Shown here: in pieces, positions 15,302 to 24,982 of the stretch | How positions within the stretch are numbered: the first letter of the stretch is position 1 | Layout: each line of letters opens with the position of its first letter | DNA from: Alphaproteobacteria bacterium | GTDB taxonomy: Bacteria > Pseudomonadota > Alphaproteobacteria > RF32 > CAG-239 | Assembly (NCBI GenBank): GCA_045632645.1 | Contig: JAZQXC010000012.1 | Location: 16,966 to 80,965 of the forward strand | Length of the DNA: 64,000 nt | Reading direction: 5' to 3' | Position numbers and translations under genes: made by a program | Notes under the pieces: model-generated | Seen by the model: the letters and a program-made list of their open reading frames with translations, nothing else | Databases searched by the model: none | What the model was told of the DNA's origin: nothing

Positions 15302-17926
15302 ATGATGAATAAGTTTATTTTTTATATAGGTTTGTTTTTTATAATTTTCAACTCTTTGAGTGTAAAAGCTCAAGATAATATTGATAATAGTATTAATGTT
15401 ATTAAAGAGTATGTTGTTGATGAATATAAAGTTATTGATTCTGGTGATAAAAGAATTGATACAGAAAAACCAAAGCCTGTATTTAAAGGAAATAATAAAT
15501 TTACAACAGTTATTATTTTACCTTATATGATTGATAAAATTTATAGTGGTGATAAATTAAAAGAAGATGTTACTCCTTTTTTAGAGCTTGTATATCCAGA
15601 GGTTAAAACTGAAACTTTGAGAAGTTTTGGAAAGTTTTTAAAATCTTTGGTTATTGTAAAAAGAGTGTATAAGAAAATTATTGCTAAACTTGAAAAAGAT
15701 AATTTAGGTAAAAAAATATTCCCTAAAGATGCACCAATTATTGCAAAAGATGGAGAATTTCTTTCTGAAGATGCTGAATTTGTTAATACTTCTGCTCCAG
15801 GTGAATATAAGGTTTCAAATAATTTTTATAAATATATCGGGTATGATTTGGGTGAATCTGGTGAGCCGGTTAGAATGCGTGATAAAAATTATATACCTAC
15901 CTCAGATCCTGATGATTTAATAATTTCAATGTTAAAATTTGATATGAAAGGTATTGTTAACGCACTTAAAAAAATGCCTCATCATAATGATGGTTCGGCA
16001 GAAAAAACAGTTTTAAGTAAACATGACCTTAAAGCTAGAATTCTCCTTGATAGTATGCTAATGGGAGAGCAAAAAAATATCAATGGAGTTATTGAAGTTC
16101 AAGTACCCCAAGGGTTTTATATTAAAGGTGACTATCTTAATGATTGGTCTTTACCTAAGTTTATATTAAAAGAAGATAAAGATGATGCTCTAAATATTGC
16201 TAAATTTCAATTTTTTATGCCTTTAGCTATAGGTGTTGAGCGTGATAATGTAGCAAGAAGAGTTTTTGTTGATACTGTTACTTTTCCGTTTACTGTTGAG
16301 AGAAGTGATATTAAGAAAAGCCTTGTTATTAATGGTGAGTTTAGTTTTGAATTATGTGATAAAGATGAAAATTGTGAAATACTTACAACAGAACATAGGA
16401 TTAAATTAAAAAAATCAGTAGATGAATCTCCTTCTATGTATTATAACTATGTTACACAATCTCATGCTAAACTTCCAAAAGAAGAACTTAAATTTGCAAA
16501 AATATCTGATGTTATTTACGATAAATCTAATAAACAGCTTGCTGTATTTTTTGATACCACAAAAAAAATGAGCAATATTGCCGTTATGGTTGAAGATAAG
16601 AAAGGAACTCACTTCTTAAATCCTAAATATAGGATTGAAAATGATAGAGTTGTTGCAACTTTTGATGTTGGTAATGCAAATGACGATAATCTTGAAAATG
16701 TTGCAGTTAGCGCATCATTTGATGATAGAAAAACAATTAGAAAAGTTGCAAATGTTCAAAACGGTGAAATTTTGCCAAATATTACTTATAAAAAACACTC
16801 GTGGTGGTATTTTTATTTGATAGGAATATTTGTAAATTTGATGCCTGGGGTGTTTTATTTATATCTAAAATTACTTAATCTTATTAATTTAAAAAAAGAT
16901 AGAATTAAGATATATTTAAGATATTCTTTATCTGTTTTATTGGGGTTGTCTTCATACTTTTTATTACTTAATGGCAAAGCTGTTGGTGATGTTTTTTCAA
17001 ATCCATGGATTTTAAATCTGGCCTTATTTATTGCAATATCGTTTTTGTTTTCTTTGCTTGGATATATGGATTTTGTTTTATTTAGACCACTTAAAAAGAT
17101 ATTTAAGTATGGAGTGTTTAGTGGAATATTTACAATTATTTTAGCTATATCCTTTCCTTTTATTGGGGAAAATTTAGGAGAAGCTATTTTAGGAGAAGGA
17201 GACTTAAGTTTTAAAATTAAAGTTCTTTTTGCGATATTTTTAGGTATAATATCCCTTCCCCTTGTTGGTTTTATTTTGCATAAAAAGAAAGTCAAATATA
17301 ATATAGATTTTAAGAACTTTAACGTTTTATATGGCTTTGTATATACATTAGCTATTTTATTTATAGCTTATTGCACTCAAGGCATAATAGGCTTTTGTGT
17401 AATTGTTTTAGGGGGATGTTGTTTGATTTATTTGTGGTATAATTATCCTACAAAATTATCAATGTCTTACAAAGGAAAAATTATCAGTAAAAACAATGAA
17501 AAAAGAATAATCTTGTTCCAATTAAAAACATTGGTGGTGATTTCTTTTATCTATTTATTTTCTTGTGTTGTTGTCTCTAATCTTCCGAAAAAGCATATTG
17601 ATAATCCATCTTTGGAAGAGATTAATGAAGTTATTTTGGATAGAAATCAAAGAGGAGGCTCAACAATCGTTGCTGTTACTGCTGATTGGTCATTATTGTC
17701 TGTTTATAATAGATTTATACTTAAAGAGCTAATTAAAAGAGGTATTGCAGTTGCAGAGATTGATGCAACATTGTCTTATAAAGAAGGAAAATATTGGTTT
17801 GATAGATTTAACAAGCAAAATGTTCCACTATTTGTTTTATTTAATAAAAGACACTCAAATGGACTTTTATTACCCAATAATCTTAAAGATATTAATTTTA
17901 GAAAAACGGTACAATTTTTTGATTAA
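15302..17926 (+). CDS. DsbD/ScsB-family membrane protein lacking the catalytic cysteines (probable pseudo-reductase)
   Basis: 874 aa with a signal peptide, a large periplasmic N-domain and a polytopic core. The first core helix carries GIFVNLMPGVFYL (nt 16835-16855), whereas I recall DsbD having ..NLMPCV.P. The C-terminal thioredoxin-like segment VAVTADWSLLSVYN (nt 17687-17701) stands where DsbD has W-C-x-x-C. Confidence 0.55.
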   Translation: MMNKFIFYIGLFFIIFNSLSVKAQDNIDNSINVIKEYVVDEYKVIDSGDKRIDTEKPKPVFKGNNKFTTVIILPYMIDKIYSGDKLKEDVTPFLELVYPEVKTETLRSFGKFLKSLVIVKRVYKKIIAKLEKDNLGKKIFPKDAPIIAKDGEFLSEDAEFVNTSAPGEYKVSNNFYKYIGYDLGESGEPVRMRDKNYIPTSDPDDLIISMLKFDMKGIVNALKKMPHHNDGSAEKTVLSKHDLKARILLDSMLMGEQKNINGVIEVQVPQGFYIKGDYLNDWSLPKFILKEDKDDALNIAKFQFFMPLAIGVERDNVARRVFVDTVTFPFTVERSDIKKSLVINGEFSFELCDKDENCEILTTEHRIKLKKSVDESPSMYYNYVTQSHAKLPKEELKFAKISDVIYDKSNKQLAVFFDTTKKMSNIAVMVEDKKGTHFLNPKYRIENDRVVATFDVGNANDDNLENVAVSASFDDRKTIRKVANVQNGEILPNITYKKHSWWYFYLIGIFVNLMPGVFYLYLKLLNLINLKKDRIKIYLRYSLSVLLGLSSYFLLLNGKAVGDVFSNPWILNLALFIAISFLFSLLGYMDFVLFRPLKKIFKYGVFSGIFTIILAISFPFIGENLGEAILGEGDLSFKIKVLFAIFLGIISLPLVGFILHKKKVKYNIDFKNFNVLYGFVYTLAILFIAYCTQGIIGFCVIVLGGCCLIYLWYNYPTKLSMSYKGKIISKNNEKRIILFQLKTLVVISFIYLFSCVVVSNLPKKHIDNPSLEEINEVILDRNQRGGSTIVAVTADWSLLSVYNRFILKELIKRGIAVAEIDATLSYKEGKYWFDRFNKQNVPLFVLFNKRHSNGLLLPNNLKDINFRKTVQFFD

Positions 17927-17940
17927 AATGGAGGTATATT

Positions 17941-18633
17941 ATGGAAAAATGTTGTATAAAGCATAACTTTGATGAAAAATCTTTTGTTTTTTCTAATATA
18001 AATAAAAATGACCTTGTTGTACTTGTATCCTCTATTGAAGATAGCTTTGCTATACCTCAAGCTATGGTTATAAAAGAAGTATTAAACAAAGGTTCTTTCG
18101 TTGTAACTGCAAGAATTGATAATCTAACTGATGTTTTGTCAATGTTTAAGGTCAAACCAAACCTTGTAATCACTCAATCTACATTAATTGATGACGTAAT
18201 TTTAAAGGTTGGAAATGATATAAAAGTAACCACCTTTTCTTGTTTGTTTGCAAAACTTAAGGGAGATTTTGATGTGATGCTAAAAGGAATAAACAAACTA
18301 GATACTCTTAATGATGGCGATAAAATACTTATTGCAGAAGGTTGTTTTGATAGACCAACTTGCAAAGGTATTGGAAGAAATGAAATACCTTTAATGATTA
18401 AAAAGTATACGAATAAAGAGCTTGTTTTTGATTTTGTTTCTGGTGATGAATTTCCAAATTATTTAAATGACTATGCTCTTGTTGTGCATTGTAGTGGTTG
18501 TATGCTTTCTAAAGATGAGATTTTAACTCGTATTAATTTATGTGCTAGTAAGAATATTTGCATTACAAACTATGGGCTTCTTATTTGTAAAACAAAAGGA
18601 GTTTTAGATAAAGTAATTGAGGATATTAAGTAA
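17941..18633 (+). CDS. HydF-like protein comprising only the dimerisation and FeS-cluster domains (no GTPase domain)
   Basis: PNLVITQSTLIDDV...VTTFSCLFAKLKGDFDVMLKG...LNDGDKILIAEGC....GIGRNEIP...DYALVVHCSGCMLSKDEILTRINLC...ICITNYGLL tracks the HydF C-terminal two-thirds as I recall it (LVITDSQ.F, TSFSIL.A..KGD, LI.EaCtH, DIGR.KIP, HCGGCM, PITNYG). The CxH motif is replaced by CFD. Confidence 0.5.
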   Translation: MEKCCIKHNFDEKSFVFSNINKNDLVVLVSSIEDSFAIPQAMVIKEVLNKGSFVVTARIDNLTDVLSMFKVKPNLVITQSTLIDDVILKVGNDIKVTTFSCLFAKLKGDFDVMLKGINKLDTLNDGDKILIAEGCFDRPTCKGIGRNEIPLMIKKYTNKELVFDFVSGDEFPNYLNDYALVVHCSGCMLSKDEILTRINLCASKNICITNYGLLICKTKGVLDKVIEDIK

Positions 18634-18668
18634 AAAAAGGGGGAGATTAGCCCCCCTATTTTATTTTT
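18633..18668. terminator. Bidirectional terminator
   Basis: GGGGG (18639-18643) pairs with CCCCC (18651-18655) around a 7-nt loop. It has an A-run upstream and a T-rich tract downstream, between convergent genes. Confidence 0.6.
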
Positions 18669-19209
18669 CATATTTGCATTTTTGTTTTATTAACTTTTTA
18701 ATTTTTTTAGCATCATTTTTTGTCATTGCATATAGAGGAATAGAAAAAGGTGTAAAAGCGTTGTGTCTACACATATATTGCATAAAGGTTAGGTTGTGTT
18801 TTACATTATCTTTTGTATATAGAGCAATAGCATTATGCCATAAAAGAGCGTTTACCTCTTTTGCAACAGATATTTCATCCCATTTTAATTCTTCATTGTG
18901 GTCGATGGTTATACCTTGTTCATTTAGGAAAGCCAATCTTTGTGGGTGTATGCTCACAAATAAACTCCCTCCTAGAGCTAATAAAGCTAAACTCATTACT
19001 ACTATAAGCAAGATTATCATTAGGTTTGATGAGGCTAATCCTTTTATAATAAGGCATTCAGTCATTTTCCAGATAAAACTTACCAGCAATATATTAAATA
19101 TAGTAAGAAGTATAAGCTTTTTTCTATCATAAAAGAATGTTTCATTTAGTTTTTTAGGTGTTTTTGTGTTTTTTTTCGTTGTTTTTGTATTAATTGCTTT
19201 TTTAGCCAT
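18661..19209 (-). CDS. Hypothetical membrane protein (182 aa)
   Basis: A strong SD (GAGGAGGGGAC) precedes the ATG at 19209. The N-terminus is lysine-rich, and two hydrophobic segments are present. Confidence 0.5.
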   Translation of the reverse strand: MAKKAINTKTTKKNTKTPKKLNETFFYDRKKLILLTIFNILLVSFIWKMTECLIIKGLASSNLMIILLIVVMSLALLALGGSLFVSIHPQRLAFLNEQGITIDHNEELKWDEISVAKEVNALLWHNAIALYTKDNVKHNLTFMQYMCRHNAFTPFSIPLYAMTKNDAKKIKKLIKQKCKYEK

Positions 19210-19352
19210 AGTCCCCTCCTCTTCTTTTTTATTATTTTACATAACCAAAGTTAAATATTAGTTAAGTGTGTTTTTGGTAAAAGCTGAAAAAGTACTTGAA
19301 TTAATCTTTTATCTCAATAGAATGGCTTTGTACTTAATTTTAGGAGGGAAAT

Positions 19353-19631
19353 ATGAAAAAAATATTTTTAGTTTTATTTTTAGGTTTGTTTGGTGTTAAT
19401 GCTCATGCATTTGATTTGAACAAAGCCGTTAATGATGTTAATTCAACTGCACAAAATATTGAAGCATCAAAGGCTGAAGCTAAAGCAAAGTTAGAGGCAA
19501 AAATATCAGAAGCCGAAGCTAAAAAGAAAGCAATGAGGGAAAAAGCTGAAGAAAAAAAACAACATCGAGAAAAGAAAGTAAAAGAAGCAAAAGATAGTTT
19601 AGATAATTTAAAAAATGCTTTTGTTAAATAA
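19353..19631 (+). CDS. Small secreted A/K/E-rich coiled-coil protein
   Basis: The SD AGGAGGG lies upstream. The signal peptide is MKKIFLVLFLGLFGVNAHA, and the rest is a helical KAEAKAKLEAK... repeat-like sequence. Confidence 0.55.
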   Translation: MKKIFLVLFLGLFGVNAHAFDLNKAVNDVNSTAQNIEASKAEAKAKLEAKISEAEAKKKAMREKAEEKKQHREKKVKEAKDSLDNLKNAFVK

Positions 19632-19789
19632 TTTTTATTTCTTTTAACTTTTTTTAGAGCTTTCCTTTAGTGAGAGCTCTTTGTTTTTGCTATATTATTT
19701 TTGGGTATAATACAAAAATGAGGTTGCTATTATTGGTATATAAAATATATTAAATTAAGTTTGTTGGACTTTGTTTTAAGGGATTTTTT

Positions 19790-22192
19790 ATGCATAAACT
19801 TTTGCTAAATATAATAAGTTTGGGGATGATTGCTTTAATAGCGCTTATTGCTTGCGTTATTATTTGGTTTAAAATTAATGGTTTTGATATTCCCGATTAT
19901 AAAAAGCTATCAACATATGAACCACCTGTAACAACTAGACTTTATGCTGGTGATGGGCAGGTTATGATGGAATATGCAGTTGAGAAGCGTATATTTGTAC
20001 CAGAATCTAAAATACCTGAACGTGTTAAACAAGCTTTTATTTCAGCAGAAGATAAGCATTTTTATTCTCACCCTGGTATCGATTTAATTGGTATTACAAG
20101 AGCTGTTATAACTAATGTTAAGAACTATGCGCAAGGAAAGCGTTTTGTCGGTGCATCTACTATTACTCAACAAGTGGCTAAAAACTTTTTGCTTAGTTCT
20201 GAGCGCTCTTTAACTAGAAAGATAAAAGAAGCTATTTTAGCATATAGAATGAGTAAAGCTTATTCTAAAGAACACGTGTTAGAACTTTATTTGAATGAAA
20301 TTTATCTTGGTAACCGCGCTTATGGTGTTGCTGCGGCTGCATTAAATTACTTTGATAAATCCCTTACTGAGCTTAATTTAGAAGAAATAGCATATTTGGC
20401 TGCTCTTCCTAAAGGTCCTAACAACTATCACCCCAAAAAACGTTATGATGCAGCTATCGCTAGACGTAATTGGGTTATTGAACGTATGAGGGAAGATGGA
20501 TATATTTCTGATGATGAGGCTAAAGATGCTTCCTCTAAGCCTCTTGTTGTTACTAATAAGCATTTTGGATATTTGAAAGATAGTGAATATTTTAGTGAAG
20601 AAGTTAGAAGGCTAATACAAAAAAGTTTAGGTGAAGATGCTGTTTTTGAAGGTGGTTTAATGGTTAGAACAACTGTTGATCCAGAACTTCAACAATTAGC
20701 GACTAAAACTTTTAGAAAAGGTTTAATTGATTATGATAGACGCCATGGATATAGAAATTTGGGCTTAAAAATTTCGTTAGAAGGCAATTATAGTGAAGAA
20801 TTAAAAAAAGTTGAACTTCCTAAAGGAGCCCCAAAAGAATGGAAGAAGTCAGTAGTGCTAAATGTTAAAAATAACGAAGCATTTGTTGAAAATATTGATG
20901 GAGTTCAAGGTAAAATAAATCTTAAATCTGCTTTATGGGCAAGAAAAACTTTAGATGATCAAAGAATTAGTGATGCCCCTAAAAAGATGAGTGATATCTT
21001 AGCTAAAGGCGATGTTATTTATACTGAAATGGTTAAAGATGGTGTTTTTGAGTTAAGACAAGTTCCTAATGTTGAAGGAGCTATGATTGTTATGAGCCCT
21101 CACAACGGTAAGATTTTGGCTATGGTTGGAGGATACTCTTTTGATAAATCACAGTTTAATAGAGCAACTCAAGCTTATCGCCAAACTGGTTCTACATTTA
21201 AGCCATTTGTTTATGCTGCGGCATTAGAAATTGGCTATTCGCCAACTGATTTGATTTTAGATGCACCATTTGTTTTGGATCAAGGTGTTGGGCTTCCATT
21301 GTGGAAACCTTCAAATTATTCAAAAGAATTTTCTGGACTTACCACTTTAAGACAGGGTATTGAAAAATCTAAAAACTTGATGACAGTTAGACTTGCTCAA
21401 GATATTGGAATGGATAAAGTGTCTTTAATGGCTAAAAGACTTGGTGTTATGGAGAAATTACCTGAGCTTTTATCAATGTCTTTGGGGGCAGCGGATACAA
21501 GGCTTATTGATATGGTTACAGCTTATAGTGTATTTGTTAATGGCGGCATGAAAGTAACCCCATATTTAATTGAGCAAATTCAAGATAGATATGGTAAAAG
21601 CTTATATAAAAACAATGATAGCGAGTGTTTTGGATGCGTTGTTGCTCATTTTGATGAAAAAACAGAGGGACCATCAATAATTGATAATAGAGAGCGAGTT
21701 TTAGATGAACTTACCTCTTATCAAATGGTGTCAATTATGCAGGGTGTTGTGCAGCGTGGTACAGGTGCAAGACTTGCGCAATTAAAAAGAAATCTTGCTG
21801 GTAAAACTGGTACAACAAATGAAAATAAAGATGCATGGTTTATTGGTTTTTCTCCTGATATGGTGGTTGGTATTTATGTTGGTTTTGATGAACCTAGGAC
21901 TTTAGGTAAAGTTGAAACAGGTGCAAAAGCAGCTCTTCCTATATTTTATGACTTCATGAAAGAAGCATTAAAAAACAAACCTAATTTAGAATTTAGAGTG
22001 CCAAAGGGGATAAAATTTGTTAGAATTAACCCTAAAACAGGTAAACCTGCAACTTTAGATGATAAAGTGGTTATATTAGAAGCATTAAAGCCAGATTTTG
22101 AATTTAACAATAATCAAAGGGTTATTGGAGATGATGGAACTCCTATGCTTGATAATGATGATACTGGCTTTGAACTTGGGGTAGAATATTAA
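19790..22192 (+). CDS. mrcA: Penicillin-binding protein 1A (bifunctional glycosyltransferase/transpeptidase)
   Basis: GT51 motifs EDKHFYSHPGID, GASTITQQVAKN and RKIKEA. Transpeptidase motifs TGSTFKPF (SxxK), SKN and KTGTT. Confidence 0.93.
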   Translation: MHKLLLNIISLGMIALIALIACVIIWFKINGFDIPDYKKLSTYEPPVTTRLYAGDGQVMMEYAVEKRIFVPESKIPERVKQAFISAEDKHFYSHPGIDLIGITRAVITNVKNYAQGKRFVGASTITQQVAKNFLLSSERSLTRKIKEAILAYRMSKAYSKEHVLELYLNEIYLGNRAYGVAAAALNYFDKSLTELNLEEIAYLAALPKGPNNYHPKKRYDAAIARRNWVIERMREDGYISDDEAKDASSKPLVVTNKHFGYLKDSEYFSEEVRRLIQKSLGEDAVFEGGLMVRTTVDPELQQLATKTFRKGLIDYDRRHGYRNLGLKISLEGNYSEELKKVELPKGAPKEWKKSVVLNVKNNEAFVENIDGVQGKINLKSALWARKTLDDQRISDAPKKMSDILAKGDVIYTEMVKDGVFELRQVPNVEGAMIVMSPHNGKILAMVGGYSFDKSQFNRATQAYRQTGSTFKPFVYAAALEIGYSPTDLILDAPFVLDQGVGLPLWKPSNYSKEFSGLTTLRQGIEKSKNLMTVRLAQDIGMDKVSLMAKRLGVMEKLPELLSMSLGAADTRLIDMVTAYSVFVNGGMKVTPYLIEQIQDRYGKSLYKNNDSECFGCVVAHFDEKTEGPSIIDNRERVLDELTSYQMVSIMQGVVQRGTGARLAQLKRNLAGKTGTTNENKDAWFIGFSPDMVVGIYVGFDEPRTLGKVETGAKAALPIFYDFMKEALKNKPNLEFRVPKGIKFVRINPKTGKPATLDDKVVILEALKPDFEFNNNQRVIGDDGTPMLDNDDTGFELGVEY

Positions 22193-22226
22193 CTATTAGA
22201 ATTTAAGCCTTTATTTTTATTATATA

Positions 22227-22262
22227 AATAAGCAATAAATGATGTTTTATTGCTTATTTTTG
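22227..22262 (+). terminator. Terminator after mrcA
   Basis: Perfect 13-bp AT-rich stem AATAAGCAATAAA (22227-22239) / TTTATTGCTTATT (22246-22258), followed by Ts. Confidence 0.55.
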
Positions 22263-22356
22263 TGTATTATTGGGGAGAGATGGAAGAAAAAGCTTGTAAA
22301 TTTTTGACAATTACGTTAGAAGTTATGATGAATTTAATTTTAATGAGAGGATAACT

Positions 22357-22842
22357 ATGTCTAATCCATTGGATACAAAAATTATAAGCAGATTGGCTGA
22401 AATCTTAGATAAAACAAATTTAACAGAACTAGAATATGAAGATGAAAGCTGTAGAATTTCTCTAGTTAGAAACGTTGGTGGGATTCAAACTCAAGCAGCA
22501 TATGCACCTGTTCAACAAGTTGCTTCTGCGCCTGTTCAAGTACAAACAGCTAGCATACCAACTCAAAGTGCAGAACCTGCTAGTTCTGATGTAGACTATA
22601 CAAATAGCCCTAATGCTGTTAAATCACCAATGGTTGGTGTTGTATACTTGTCTGCTGATCCTAAATCTCCAAACTATGTAAAAGTTGGCGATAATGTTGC
22701 AGAAGGTGATACTGTTTGCTTAGTTGAAGCTATGAAGACATTTAACCCTGTTAAAGCTCATAAAGGTGGTAGAGTTGTAAAAATTTTAGTTGAAGCAGGA
22801 GATCCTGTTGAATATGGCGAGCCTTTAGTTATTATTGAGTAA
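22357..22842 (+). CDS. accB: Biotin carboxyl carrier protein of acetyl-CoA carboxylase
   Basis: The biotinylation motif CLVEAMKTFNPV (E-A-M-K) follows an A/P/Q-rich linker. The gene lies directly upstream of accC. Confidence 0.95.
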   Translation: MSNPLDTKIISRLAEILDKTNLTELEYEDESCRISLVRNVGGIQTQAAYAPVQQVASAPVQVQTASIPTQSAEPASSDVDYTNSPNAVKSPMVGVVYLSADPKSPNYVKVGDNVAEGDTVCLVEAMKTFNPVKAHKGGRVVKILVEAGDPVEYGEPLVIIE

Positions 22843-22876
22843 GCAATTTAGAGTATAATAAATAGGAATAAAATCT

Positions 22877-24220
22877 ATGTTTGAAAAAGTTTTAATTGCC
22901 AACCGTGGTGAAGTTGCCTTAAGAATTCATAGAGCTTGTAGAGAAATGGGTATTAGAACAGTTGCTGTTCACTCAGAAGCAGATGCTAATGCTATGCATG
23001 TACGTTTAGCTGATGAAGCTGTTTGTATTGGACCTGCAAGATCAAGTGATTCTTATCTTAATAAGCCAGCTATTATTTCTGCTGCATTAATTACTGGCGC
23101 TGATGCTATTCACCCTGGATTTGGTTTTTTGTCTGAAAATGCTGACTTTGCTGAAATGGTTGAAAAGCACGGTATAACATTTATTGGACCAACTGCTGAA
23201 CAAATGCGTTTATTAGGCGACAAAATTACTGCTCGTAAGGCAGCTATTGAAGCTGGTCTTCCAATTACTCCTGGCTCTAGTGCTTTAGAAAGTGTTGAAG
23301 ATGCAAAAGAATGGGCAAATAAAATTGGCTACCCTGTTATTATTAAAGCGAAAGATGGTGGTGGCGGTAAAGGTATGAAAGTTGCTTTCTCTGATGATGA
23401 AATTGCTGAAGCATTTACTATGGCTAAAGCAGAAGCTAAGGCAGCTTTTCCTTCTGATGTTGTTTATATGGAAAAATATTTACAACGCCCTCGCCATATT
23501 GAAATGCAAATTTTAGCTGATAAATATGGAAATGTTGTTCATTTGGGAGAACGTGATTGTTCTATTCAAAGAAATCATCAAAAAGTTATTGAAGAGTGCC
23601 CTTCTCCTGCTTTAAACCAAGAACAACGTAAAGAAATTGGTGATATTGTTTGTAATGCGATTAAGAAAATTGGTTACCAAAATGCAGGAACTTTAGAGTT
23701 TATGTATGAAGATGGTAAGTTCTATTTCTTAGAGATGAATACTCGTTTACAAGTTGAACACCCTATTACAGAAGCTATTTCTGGTATTGACTTGGTTCGT
23801 GAGCAAATTCGCGTTGCAAGTGGTGCGCAGCTTGGATATACTCAAGATGATATTCAATTTAGAGGTCATGCTATTGAGTGTCGTATTAATGCTGAAGATC
23901 CTTCAACATTCGCCCCATGCCCTGGGAAAATTGCTGAATGGCATGCTCCTGGTGGTTTGGGAATTAGAGTTGATTCTGAAATTTATTCAGGTTATAGCAT
24001 TCCACCTTATTATGATAGTATGATTGCAAAGCTTATTGTGCATGCAAAAACAAGAAATGCTGCATTAATGCGCTTAAGAAGAGCTTTGGAAGAGTTTATC
24101 ATTATGGGGGTTAAAACTACTATCCCTCTACATGAGGAAATTATTTCTCAAAACGAGTTTATTGATGGACAATACAATATCCATTGGTTAACTGAATATA
24201 TGAATAAGAATAGTAAATAG
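22877..24220 (+). CDS. accC: Biotin carboxylase subunit of acetyl-CoA carboxylase
   Basis: KVLIANRGEVALRI..., GYPVIIKAKDGGGGKGMKV, ERDCSIQRNHQKVIEE and FLEMNTRLQVEHPITE are canonical ATP-grasp biotin carboxylase motifs. Confidence 0.97.
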   Translation: MFEKVLIANRGEVALRIHRACREMGIRTVAVHSEADANAMHVRLADEAVCIGPARSSDSYLNKPAIISAALITGADAIHPGFGFLSENADFAEMVEKHGITFIGPTAEQMRLLGDKITARKAAIEAGLPITPGSSALESVEDAKEWANKIGYPVIIKAKDGGGGKGMKVAFSDDEIAEAFTMAKAEAKAAFPSDVVYMEKYLQRPRHIEMQILADKYGNVVHLGERDCSIQRNHQKVIEECPSPALNQEQRKEIGDIVCNAIKKIGYQNAGTLEFMYEDGKFYFLEMNTRLQVEHPITEAISGIDLVREQIRVASGAQLGYTQDDIQFRGHAIECRINAEDPSTFAPCPGKIAEWHAPGGLGIRVDSEIYSGYSIPPYYDSMIAKLIVHAKTRNAALMRLRRALEEFIIMGVKTTIPLHEEIISQNEFIDGQYNIHWLTEYMNKNSK

Positions 24221-24227
24221 GATTATA

Positions 24228-24959
24228 ATGATAGAAAAATTGTCAGTTAGAAAAGTGTATAGAAATGCTTATCGATATGTTGTAAGCCATTTGTTTGCGT
24301 TTTTCTTTCTGACATTTTTTTATTTTTTAGGTAGTTTATTACCTAAATTTATTGGCACACCTTTTTTGTTTGTTGTGTCGCCAATTTTTACATTTTTATT
24401 TTTTTATTTTGCTGCCGGATGTTATTTTAAACAGCAAATATTATGGGATAAGCAGATATTTATTGCCTCTACATTAAGATTTATTACAGCTGTTGTTTTA
24501 TTTCTTATAGCGCTTTTAATTACAACTTTATTTATTAATATAGCTCTTCATTTTATTAAAATATCTTTCAATTTAGGAGAATTTATTAATGTTTTCTTGA
24601 AAGGAAGCTCTTGGCTTATTGCTAAATATATTTGTATTTATATGTTGTTTATAATATTCTTTTTGATCCCCTCTTTTGCTTTTGTGTCAGAAATCACTGG
24701 AAAGAATAGATCTCTTCTTATGACTTATGCTAAGACAAGAGGAAATATTTTGAGAATTGCATTAGTTTCGCTTATTGCTGTTATTTTGCTTGTATTAACA
24801 ATGTTTATGATGTTACATGCCAATATTTGGGTTGCATCTTTTGTTAGAGCTCTTATTTGGGTGTTTATATCTATTTTATATTTTAAAATGTATGATTTCT
24901 TCTATAATTATACTATTGATAAAGCTAAAAAATTAAACAATATTACTTCTAATTCATAA
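24228..24959 (+). CDS. Hypothetical polytopic membrane protein (243 aa)
   Basis: About 6 hydrophobic segments. It is tightly packed after accC. Confidence 0.45.
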   Translation: MIEKLSVRKVYRNAYRYVVSHLFAFFFLTFFYFLGSLLPKFIGTPFLFVVSPIFTFLFFYFAAGCYFKQQILWDKQIFIASTLRFITAVVLFLIALLITTLFINIALHFIKISFNLGEFINVFLKGSSWLIAKYICIYMLFIIFFLIPSFAFVSEITGKNRSLLMTYAKTRGNILRIALVSLIAVILLVLTMFMMLHANIWVASFVRALIWVFISILYFKMYDFFYNYTIDKAKKLNNITSNS

Positions 24960-24982
24960 TATATTATTTGAGGAGTGGATTT

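Noticed and set aside
16855-17295. 146-aa minus-strand ORF and several 60-70-aa ORFs inside 15302-17926.
   Set aside because: They are antisense or off-frame within a long intact membrane-protein ORF, and their composition is typical of AT-rich noise.
18617-19132. 171-aa plus-strand ORF overlapping the 182-aa minus-strand ORF.
   Set aside because: The minus-strand ORF has a strong SD (GAGGAGGGG) and a protein-like sequence with TM segments. The plus-strand translation is Cys/Phe-rich nonsense and starts inside the upstream terminator.
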